Shown here: positions 1-7,903 of the stretch, piece by piece
Layout: each line of letters opens with the position of its first letter
Position numbering within the stretch: position 1 is the stretch's first letter
Source: Promethearchaeota archaeon
GTDB lineage: Archaea > Asgardarchaeota > Lokiarchaeia > Sigyniarchaeales > SOKP01
Assembly (NCBI GenBank): GCA_048938025.1
Contig: JBHLMP010000060.1
Location: 1 to 19,966, forward strand
Direction of reading: 5' to 3'
Length of the DNA: 19,966 bases
The notes under the pieces: model-generated
What the model was told of the DNA's origin: nothing
Databases searched by the model: none
Seen by the model: only the letters and a program-made list of their open reading frames with translations
Translations under genes and position numbers: made by a program

Positions 1-105
1 AAATATATAAATTTTTCACTAAGAAAGTTTTTAGAAACGATTTTTTTAAATATATGAATTAAGATCATTTTTATAGGAAAATTACTATACCTTTTGTGAG
101 ATAAG

Positions 106-498
106 ATGGTTTCGCGCTTAGAGATGGTACTAAGAGAATTAAATGAGAATGGAAGTTTCAGAGCCTCATTGTTCGCAACATCTACAGGTCTAGTCTTGGC
201 TTCTCAAAAGACAGAAAGTGTTAATGAAAAAACTATAGCCGCTATGAGTTCTTTATTCGCAGAAACAGCAAATAGTGCATCCAAGGAAATGGATTTGTCA
301 AACCTGAATGTTATGAAAATAAAATATGAGGAAGATTACATCGTTTTTAGAAATATTATTCTTTCAAAGACGAATTTCATATTAATCATTTTAAGTAACT
401 TACCAGAATCACAGGAAATAGAAAATTATACAGACCAATTACTAGATTGGGCGATAGATAATTCTAAAGATGATTTAGAAAGATTATCGAGCATTTAA
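106..498 (+). CDS. Roadblock/LC7 (MglB/LAMTOR-like) domain protein
   Basis: 130 aa with the Roadblock pattern: helix (LEMVLRELNE), strands SLFATSTGLVLAS, helix EKTIAAMSSLF, three strands, final helix. GTGAG RBS-like motif upstream. Confidence 0.85.
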   Translation: MVSRLEMVLRELNENGSFRASLFATSTGLVLASQKTESVNEKTIAAMSSLFAETANSASKEMDLSNLNVMKIKYEEDYIVFRNIILSKTNFILIILSNLPESQEIENYTDQLLDWAIDNSKDDLERLSSI

Positions 499-649
499 AT
501 TGAGAATCTCTCAATCTAATAAAAGTAAAAAAGCTCTGCATTCTAATTCTATTAGATCGTCTATTAAATATAAACTAATTTGAAAAAATAATTAAGCTAA
601 CAACTATTCGATTATGTAATAATATTTAAAATGATAAGGGGATTATATA

Positions 650-1174
650 TTGGATTTTTATGATGTTGTTAGGAAGAGAAGAAGTTATCGTTTTTACAAA
701 CCAGATATGCCTGAGAAAATAAAAATCGATAGGATTTTAGAAGCTGCTCGATTAGCACCAACATGGGCAAACCTACAAGGCGTACATTATATTGTTGTTC
801 AAGAACCAGAAAATGTAAAAGCTATATGGAGAGCAATAAATCAATCAGAAAAATTTATCGAAGCACCTATGTTTATTGTAGGAGCAATTTCTGAAGAATT
901 TTCTGGAAAAAGGGGCATTAAATATTATCCTGTGGATTTCGGAATTTGTTTTGAGCATTTAATCTTAGCAGCAACCGCTGAAGGATTAGTAACTTGTTGG
1001 ATTGGATATTTTAATGAGAAAGAAATAAAACACATTTTAAAAATCCCAAAAAAATATAAAGTTTTAGGTATAACACCATTAGGATACCCTGTTAAACCTA
1101 AAGGTGAAGTTAGAGACCGTAAACCAATTGAAGATATAGTGCATTATGAAAAATTTTTAAAAAAAGAAAAATAA
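650..1174 (+). CDS. Nitroreductase family FMN-dependent oxidoreductase
   Basis: RRSYR, ILEAARLAPTWANLQ, LAATAEGLVTCWIG and PLGYP motifs; TTG start. Confidence 0.93.
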   Translation: MDFYDVVRKRRSYRFYKPDMPEKIKIDRILEAARLAPTWANLQGVHYIVVQEPENVKAIWRAINQSEKFIEAPMFIVGAISEEFSGKRGIKYYPVDFGICFEHLILAATAEGLVTCWIGYFNEKEIKHILKIPKKYKVLGITPLGYPVKPKGEVRDRKPIEDIVHYEKFLKKEK

Positions 1175-1252
1175 ATCCTAATCTCTTTATTATTGAAAAG
1201 GTCTCCTCTTATTTTTTGTTATACTTTATACCAAATAAAAAATAAAAAAAGA

Positions 1253-1537
1253 TTAAGTTTTTATTAATTTGTTAAGTTCTGTGAGTTTATCTAGAACTGT
1301 TTTTCCTTTTTTAGTTAGTCCTATATATGTCTTGCCGTTGTTTTTTTCAAAGCTAATTAATTTTTTTTCTATTAGTTTATCTTTTACGCGGAGAAACGAA
1401 TTATAATAGCTAATTCTATTTAACTTTTCATAAAAAATTCGTTTTTCAGTTTTATTATTTTCAAATTGAGAGAGAATTTGAAAAGTGTCGTTAATTCCCC
1501 TTTTTTTTATGAAGTTTATCAATTCTTCTACTGTCAT
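1253..1537 (-). CDS. Small winged-helix-like DNA-binding protein
   Basis: C-terminal LIEKKLI...YIGLTKKGK pattern is typical of a wHTH wing and last helix; 94 aa, basic. Confidence 0.6.
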   Translation of the reverse strand: MTVEELINFIKKRGINDTFQILSQFENNKTEKRIFYEKLNRISYYNSFLRVKDKLIEKKLISFEKNNGKTYIGLTKKGKTVLDKLTELNKLIKT

Positions 1538-1693
1538 AAGAAATAAGACCTAAGTATCATTATTTAATTATGGTTATTAAAATATGGACAGAATAAAAAG
1601 GTTTTAAAAATTTAACATTTCTGTACCATTATAACGTAAATATTTTCGATTTTTGTGGTTTTCCAATTATGTAAAAATATAATATTAACAATT

Positions 1694-2365
1694 ATGATTG
1701 ACCCAATTAAACTAACAAAAAGTATTCAGAGTGAAGTATGTAGCAATAATTCGAGAAAGTTTTATAGGTTTCGAAAAACTCAATTCTATGGCGGATGTGC
1801 CACTGCTGATTGTTTAGGTTGTAACCTGAGATGTGCTTATTGTTGGGCTCAGAAAAAAATTTGGAATCCAGAGAAATTTGGGGAATACTATTCACCAAGA
1901 GAAATTAGTGAAAAGCTGTTAAAAATGGATTTATCATTGATACGCATAAGTGGTGGAGAACCTACAATATGTAAGAGGAATCTATTTGATTTAATAAATT
2001 TGATTCCAAAAAATACTTTGTATATTCTTGAGACAAATGGAATATTGCTAGATGAAAATTATATAAAAGATTTAAGTAAATTCAAGAATATTTATGTAAG
2101 AGTTTCTTTAAAGGGAATTGATGAAAAAACCTTTGAAACTATCACAGGAGCAGAGGGTAAGTTTTTTGAAAATCAGTTAAATGCTTTAGAATTGCTTAAG
2201 AAATATGAGATAAAACATAGAGCAGCAATCCTGATTGATTTATTCACAGATGATCAGATACAAAATTTAGGAATTCCTGATTTAGAATATGAAACTCTGA
2301 TTAGATACCCCTTTGTGTTAAAAAATCTTAAAAAGAAAGGTATAGAGATTGTTAGGGAGCATTAA
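1694..2365 (+). CDS. Radical SAM protein (archaeal type with N-terminal YRFR..FYGG.ATAD motif)
   Basis: CxxxCxxC motif (CNLRCAYC), RISGGEPT, ETNG, VRVSLKG. I prefer the ATG at 1694 to the in-frame GTG at 1655. Confidence 0.92.
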   Translation: MIDPIKLTKSIQSEVCSNNSRKFYRFRKTQFYGGCATADCLGCNLRCAYCWAQKKIWNPEKFGEYYSPREISEKLLKMDLSLIRISGGEPTICKRNLFDLINLIPKNTLYILETNGILLDENYIKDLSKFKNIYVRVSLKGIDEKTFETITGAEGKFFENQLNALELLKKYEIKHRAAILIDLFTDDQIQNLGIPDLEYETLIRYPFVLKNLKKKGIEIVREH

Positions 2366-2391
2366 ATTATTTTAAAAACTACTATTAATAT

Positions 2392-2607
2392 TTATTTCCG
2401 CTTTTTTTTATTCTTGTCACTTGGTAAAAAGGAATTGAAAAAACCTTTCATCTCTTGAAGGGACAATCTGTTCTCATCTTCAATATCCTCATCAATTTCT
2501 TTATAAAATTCCAGATGGCAATTAGTACACTCAAAAATCTTACCATAATTTATTAAATTTGATGATCCACAGCGAGGGCACTTAAATTCTTTGATAATTT
2601 CACTCAC
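2392..2607 (-). CDS. Small zinc-ribbon protein
   Basis: CPRCGS...CTNC Cys pairs, then an acidic stretch and a basic tail; GTG start. Confidence 0.75.
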   Translation of the reverse strand: MSEIIKEFKCPRCGSSNLINYGKIFECTNCHLEFYKEIDEDIEDENRLSLQEMKGFFNSFLPSDKNKKKRK

Positions 2608-3006
2608 TCTATTTTTATATATAGAATTTGACTCCGCCTACACACTGGATAATTATAGAAAATTAGGAGTAGTCTTTTTAAATATTTTTATTGTTAAACT
2701 ATTTTCAATTTTCTACATTGAAATTATAATTTTTATCATTTTTTAATTAAATATATATGATTTAATATACATTGTTCACTGACAATATTGTCTATTTAAA
2801 AATGCTAACCACTAAAAAAAAAATCATTTTTATTAGAACGGAGTCTAAATCAATTATACAAATTTAAATTTGAATTTTTATTAAGAAGTTGTCTAAGATT
2901 AATTATTTATAAAATTATGATATCAAATTAAGCTGGAAAAACCTTTTATTCCATTTTAATTCATCTTAATTTCTAAAAAATTAAACCTTCAAATTTAGTT
3001 GGTTCT

Positions 3007-3456
3007 TTAAAATGCCATTGAGTCTTCTGGTAATAAATTTACGGGTCGCCATGTAATTTCATTTCTATAGGTATGGATTGTAATATTTGCCCGTTCTGGT
3101 TGAAATCTTCCTTTATAATGAAAATTTCCGGCGCTTGGGATATAGCAACCTAAAATACAAGTTAAAATCAATTTAGTAGAAAAAATTGCGTTAAAAAAAG
3201 GTTTATTCTTTTTTCGTGGAAGATATCCTAATTTTCTAGTATCGTGCCAAACACTCACAGCGAATCTATCATAAGCATTATTTGGTTCTGGTCTTAATTC
3301 AAGCTCGGTTTTTGATGGTAATTTAGATAAATATTCACCATTATTTGTATAATAAATCCCAACAATTTGAAGATGATAATAGCTGTCTTCTTTTAAATCA
3401 TCATTTTGAGAATCAATCATGCCTAAATTCAAAAATTTCTGGGGATTTTCTATCAA
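3007..3456 (-). CDS. Stand-alone HIRAN domain protein
   Basis: IVGIYY...LELRPEPNNAYDRFAVSV...KLGYLPR matches the HIRAN signature (L.REP.N.YD..A..V...LGY.P); TTG start. Confidence 0.85.
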   Translation of the reverse strand: MIENPQKFLNLGMIDSQNDDLKEDSYYHLQIVGIYYTNNGEYLSKLPSKTELELRPEPNNAYDRFAVSVWHDTRKLGYLPRKKNKPFFNAIFSTKLILTCILGCYIPSAGNFHYKGRFQPERANITIHTYRNEITWRPVNLLPEDSMAF

Positions 3457-3640
3457 AGCTCAATGGTTAGTTACTTATAGTGATACAAAATGAATTTAAT
3501 TAATATTAAATGCGAGATTAAGAGATTTATAATTTGTAAATCTAGATCAGATTTATTTTATATTAAATATTTATTTGGAGAATTAGAAGTATTTTTTCTG
3601 ATGAAAAAAAATAAGAAAAAATAAATGTAATATATTTTAT

Positions 3641-3937
3641 TTAAACATTATTTCTTATTCTTTTCAATTCTATTTTAACTATATTTGTTCTATCTGGGCA
3701 TTCTAACTCAACGACATCAGGATCGCCACCCCATTCATCAGGAAATGATCCTCCAAACTGTAACATTATAATGGTAGGAAAAATATCATGATAAAAAAAA
3801 CCACATAACCCTCCCGTATTATGACCATCGAGTTCTATTTTATCTCCTACTTTATGACCAGCATTACAATGTCCCTTTACATCCTTTATAGTACCAATAA
3901 TTTGATAACCTACTTTTGGTTTATCTTCCATTAACAT
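3641..3937 (-). CDS. TIGR04076-like small Cys-containing protein
   Basis: KGHCNAGHKVGD...LC...IFP...LQFGGSFP.W...CPD pattern with three conserved Cys. Confidence 0.8.
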   Translation of the reverse strand: MLMEDKPKVGYQIIGTIKDVKGHCNAGHKVGDKIELDGHNTGGLCGFFYHDIFPTIIMLQFGGSFPDEWGGDPDVVELECPDRTNIVKIELKRIRNNV

Positions 3938-4002
3938 CCACCATCTTAAAAAAGTATATTAAATAATCAAAATTATACTTCTAATATTAAGGATTTAAAT
4001 AT

Positions 4003-4026
4003 GATCTATAATCCTATATATAGATC
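4003..4026. promoter_or_regulatory. Inverted repeat GATCTATA-N8-TATAGATC between divergent genes (possible operator)
   Basis: Perfect 8-bp arms at 4003-4010 and 4019-4026 in the divergent intergenic region; AT-rich context weakens it. Confidence 0.3.
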
Positions 4027-4139
4027 TATTATATAAATAATTTATAATAATAAGATTCGGCTAATTTTTATTTCATAAAAGGTAATTTTTTATTCTTATC
4101 AACTTGTTGAATTCTTAGAGAAATAGACTTTTTTTAGAA

Positions 4140-4649
4140 ATGGTAATTACAGTAAAATTATATGGGGATTTAAGAGAAAAGGCTAAACAGCCCGGTTTTG
4201 AATTCGGTAAACCGAGTACATTAAGAATTGATAATAATGGAATAGATACGATTTTAGATATTCTTAAAAAATTTAAAATAGAAGAGAATGAGCTTAGTCA
4301 TATATTTGTTAATGGAAAATATTGTGGTCCAGGAAAAAAAATAGGAGAAGGAGACCGAATAGGATTATTCCCGAAAAGAATGGCATTAATGTTTGTTGAG
4401 ATAGCTAAGAATAATACAATTTCTGTTAAGATTAAATTATATGCCAATTTAAGGAAATATGGATTACCAGAAACGATGTTAAATTTACCAGAGGGAAGTA
4501 CAGTTAATGCGATAATCCAGAAGTATAATATTCCTAAGGAAGAACAAAATTTAAAAATTTTAATAAATGGAAGACCACATCAAAATCAGACTACAATTCT
4601 TAAAGATGGAGATACTATAGCGATTTTTCCACCAATTGGTGGAGGTTAA
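4140..4649 (+). CDS. Tandem two-domain MoaD/ThiS/SAMP ubiquitin-like protein
   Basis: Two beta-grasp repeats (VKLYGDLR...IFVNG...GDRIGLFP and IKLYANLR...ILING...GDTIAIFP); ends PPIGGG-stop. Confidence 0.9.
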   Translation: MVITVKLYGDLREKAKQPGFEFGKPSTLRIDNNGIDTILDILKKFKIEENELSHIFVNGKYCGPGKKIGEGDRIGLFPKRMALMFVEIAKNNTISVKIKLYANLRKYGLPETMLNLPEGSTVNAIIQKYNIPKEEQNLKILINGRPHQNQTTILKDGDTIAIFPPIGGG

Positions 4650-4675
4650 TTTTCTTTTTTAATTAATATATACTT

Positions 4676-5083
4676 TTATTCTTCTGCTTTTAATTTTCTA
4701 ATAGTTTCTTCCAAAAAACCAATAATACGTTGTTTATATGAAGTTTGTTCTGGATAATTATAACTGAAAGTTCTCCAATAAGGACGTTTATGACCGACCT
4801 TAAATTTAACTCCTTTCATTGAAGTCATATATGAGTTATTATCAACTTTAGTTGCAATTTGATCAGCTAAGATATACCAATGAAATTTAGTATTAATATT
4901 AGCACCTGTATTAACAGGAGCTGGTTGTACACGTGTTTTTAAGGAGTCAAATTGAAATGTCCATTTATCAGGAGTTTTTTTAGTCTCATGCCATTTTCCA
5001 TTAGTATAGGTCCAGTTATGGGAATTTCCTATTTTCATGCCAGTATAAACTTTATTCTTAAAAGCTTTAAGGCTATTATACAT
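4676..5083 (-). CDS. Conserved-looking hypothetical protein (Trp/Tyr/His-rich, basic)
   Basis: 135-aa ORF with YTGMKIGNSHNWTY..GKWHETK and FHWYILADQ segments; no function assignable. Confidence 0.7.
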   Translation of the reverse strand: MYNSLKAFKNKVYTGMKIGNSHNWTYTNGKWHETKKTPDKWTFQFDSLKTRVQPAPVNTGANINTKFHWYILADQIATKVDNNSYMTSMKGVKFKVGHKRPYWRTFSYNYPEQTSYKQRIIGFLEETIRKLKAEE

Positions 5084-5233
5084 ATTATATCCTTTACGAT
5101 GGTAAATTATGATTTAGAATGGAAGATCATTTAAATATAATAAAAGGGCTAAGATTTTGTGATAAATCCTTAATTTAAAAATCAATAAAAAAAAAGATAA
5201 TTAAAAATTCAATTTTTATGGTTGAAAGTGCTT

Positions 5234-5683
5234 TCATTTTTTCCATTTATATGGTTTTGGACCAGCAGCTAATAAGATGATCATAGGGATTAAAACTGCT
5301 AATCCGCCCCAAGCCCATAGGCCAAAGATTTCAAGTATTATACCAATTATTAACATCCATGGAATTCTTGCATTTCCAATAACTAATACATCATTGAATA
5401 TATAGTCCCAATCTTTAGAGGCACATTTATCTGAGAATCTCGGTTTTACTATAAAAAATGCTAGAAATGCTATTAAAACGGCGCATGCAATTAACCAAAT
5501 CCCATAAGCTATACCTCCTGCCCAGAGCCACCAAAATCTACCTCCCCATGCCAAGACCCATATACCAAAGATAAAAGTAGAAAATGCATTTATTAATATA
5601 ATTATCCAGGCCCATTTCCCAAGTGTTGAAACAAATGATTCATATTTCTTCCAATCTGATTTTTTTTTTGGTTCTTCTGTCAT
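5234..5683 (-). CDS. Hypothetical multi-pass membrane protein
   Basis: Three to four long hydrophobic, Trp/Gly-rich segments; GTGAT RBS-like motif upstream. Confidence 0.8.
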   Translation of the reverse strand: MTEEPKKKSDWKKYESFVSTLGKWAWIIILINAFSTFIFGIWVLAWGGRFWWLWAGGIAYGIWLIACAVLIAFLAFFIVKPRFSDKCASKDWDYIFNDVLVIGNARIPWMLIIGIILEIFGLWAWGGLAVLIPMIILLAAGPKPYKWKK

Positions 5684-5802
5684 CTAACTATCACTTATTA
5701 ATTAAATCTTTCTATAATTCACTTAAACCCTTTATAAAGTAATACGTAATTAAGATCTTAATATTTAATAAATCTTTATAAAAGTGTATCTTATCTTCAT
5801 TA

Positions 5803-7266
5803 TTAATTTTTAGATTCTGATTCAAGAATCTCTCCTACATAATAAAGTCCTACTAAGTTTCCTCGTCTTTCAAATTTCCGTGATACTAATAAAATAACAA
5901 CATGCTCATTTTCATCTACTATTCCCCTTTTAACAGTATATTTAACAGATCGTTCTATAATAGACTCAGCATCCATGTTAAAAAAATCAAATTTCTCTAA
6001 ATGTACAGGATGGACCCCCCATACTAAATTTAATTCCCTCGCTGTTTTTTTAAATGGAGTTATAGCAATTATCGGTAATGGAGGACGGTATTTTGCAATC
6101 ATACGTGCGCCATATCCTCTACGAGTAATAACTACGATTTTTCCTCTGAAATTAAGCTCTTCCATTTCAGTGGCCAAGGAATGTATAGCATGTCCAAGTG
6201 TTTGTGTATGGGTTAAACCTTCTGAGTCATACTCATCAGGAATCCTTCCAGGCATATGTTCAGTAGCAGTTTTAGCAATCTGATTCATATATTGAACAGC
6301 ATGTATTGGATATTTACCTACAGCAGTTTCTGCAGAAAGCATAACTGCATCAGTTCCATCCATAACTGCATTATAAACATCATTTGCCTCTGCGCGTGTT
6401 GGTATTGGGTTCGATACCATCGATTCAAGCATCTGTGTCGCAACGATAATCGGTTTTCCTTCCTTATTAGCTTTATAAATCATATCTTTTTGCCATAAGG
6501 GAACTTTATCAAGATCAATTTCCACACCTAAGTCTCCACGAGCGACCATGCATCCATCCGAAACATCTAATATCTCATCAAATTTCTCCAAAGCAATTGG
6601 GCGTTCAATTTTTGCAATTAATTTTATATTATTATTTCCATAGTTTTCAAGGATTTTTTTAACATGGAGCACATCATCTCCTCCAGATACAAATGAAATT
6701 GCAACATATTCAGGATCAAGATCAGCGATAAACTCAAGATCTTTTATATCTTTCTCTGTAGGAACCTTCTGTGCTAGTTCACCAGAAGGTATATTTACTC
6801 CTTTTCGATCACTGATCATTCCACCAGATAGCACTTCTCCAAGAATATGGTCCTTTTCTTTACTTTTTACTTTAATTCTAATGATTCCATCATTTATAAA
6901 AAAAATATCACCTACTTTCATGGATTTAAGGAAACCTATTAGAGGAATTGAAAACTGGTCTTGATCTCCTTCAATTTCTTTCTCGAAAACTTTTACTTCC
7001 TGTCCAATATTCAAACTGTAAGGTTCATCACCTTTGAATTCACCTACTCTGATCTTAGGACCTTGTATATCAGCTAAAATTCCAACGTATTCACTGATTT
7101 CTCTTATTCTATTAACTATTTCCTCTTTTTCACTATGACTTCCATGTGAAAAGTTTAATCGAAATATATCGACTCCCGCATCAATTAGTTTCTTAAGCAT
7201 CTCTTTTGAAGATGACGCGGGACCTATTGTCGCCACAATTTTGACAGTGTTTTCTCTAAATGACAT
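5803..7266 (-). CDS. pyk: Pyruvate kinase
   Basis: KIVATIGPAS, RLNFSHG, IAKIE, MVARGDLGVE, ATQMLESM, PTRAE, DAVMLSAETAVGKYP. Confidence 0.98.
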   Translation of the reverse strand: MSFRENTVKIVATIGPASSSKEMLKKLIDAGVDIFRLNFSHGSHSEKEEIVNRIREISEYVGILADIQGPKIRVGEFKGDEPYSLNIGQEVKVFEKEIEGDQDQFSIPLIGFLKSMKVGDIFFINDGIIRIKVKSKEKDHILGEVLSGGMISDRKGVNIPSGELAQKVPTEKDIKDLEFIADLDPEYVAISFVSGGDDVLHVKKILENYGNNNIKLIAKIERPIALEKFDEILDVSDGCMVARGDLGVEIDLDKVPLWQKDMIYKANKEGKPIIVATQMLESMVSNPIPTRAEANDVYNAVMDGTDAVMLSAETAVGKYPIHAVQYMNQIAKTATEHMPGRIPDEYDSEGLTHTQTLGHAIHSLATEMEELNFRGKIVVITRRGYGARMIAKYRPPLPIIAITPFKKTARELNLVWGVHPVHLEKFDFFNMDAESIIERSVKYTVKRGIVDENEHVVILLVSRKFERRGNLVGLYYVGEILESESKN

Positions 7267-7343
7267 TTAAACTCATTTCTTAGTTTAAAATTCTATTTCT
7301 AAATTATAATAGTTAATAATAATATTGTAATGATGTTTAAATA

Positions 7344-7820
7344 TTATTCATTTTCTATTAGATTTCTAAAAGTAGTTAGTCTATTATGGAATACTATTCT
7401 AAAATTTTTCAATATTTGAATCGATTTTGAAAAATCTTCTATCTCAATCAATTCTTTTATTAGCAATAAATTAATTCTTAAAGTTTTTGGAAAAATTGAA
7501 TATTGAATTAACTTTAAGTTATTACGTTTCGCAAAATTTTTAGCGAGACTTACTAATAAATCAGAACTTTGAGAAGCCAGAGATACTACTAAAAAATAAC
7601 GAATTTTTGGATTTCCATTAAAATTTTTTGAAACAAAAAGGTAAAAGTTCTTTAAATCTCCTTGCAATCTATAAATATCCTTTACCTTCAGAGTTTTCGG
7701 TACATTATTAACCATTTCAGAAATGGGCGTGTGTCTACCTTTAATTTTCTTAGCATTTTTTAAAATAGTCTTATTAATATAATCTTTTAGAGATTTAAAT
7801 TCTGCACTATTTTCATTCAA
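7344..7820 (-). CDS. Hypothetical protein
   Basis: 158-aa ORF filling the gap between aor and pyk in the same orientation; TTG start with GGAG upstream; no motif recognised. Confidence 0.7.
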   Translation of the reverse strand: MNENSAEFKSLKDYINKTILKNAKKIKGRHTPISEMVNNVPKTLKVKDIYRLQGDLKNFYLFVSKNFNGNPKIRYFLVVSLASQSSDLLVSLAKNFAKRNNLKLIQYSIFPKTLRINLLLIKELIEIEDFSKSIQILKNFRIVFHNRLTTFRNLIENE

Positions 7821-7903
7821 AATTATTTAGCTCTCCTTAAGTAATTAAATAATAATTAAAGAATAAATCTAATTAACAAAACCAACTAAAAAAATTTTTG
7901 GTT

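Noticed and set aside
499-556. Short hairpins ATTGAGA-ATC-TCTCAAT and TCTAAT-TCT-ATTAGA after the Roadblock gene
   Set aside because: 6-7-bp AT-rich stems are expected by chance at this composition.
1707-1898. 63-aa minus-strand ORF
   Set aside because: Antisense shadow inside the radical SAM gene; no motif.
4952-5134. 60-aa plus-strand ORF
   Set aside because: Mostly antisense to the better-supported 4676-5083 gene.
5975-6498. Two plus-strand ORFs (102 and 80 aa)
   Set aside because: Antisense shadows of pyruvate kinase.
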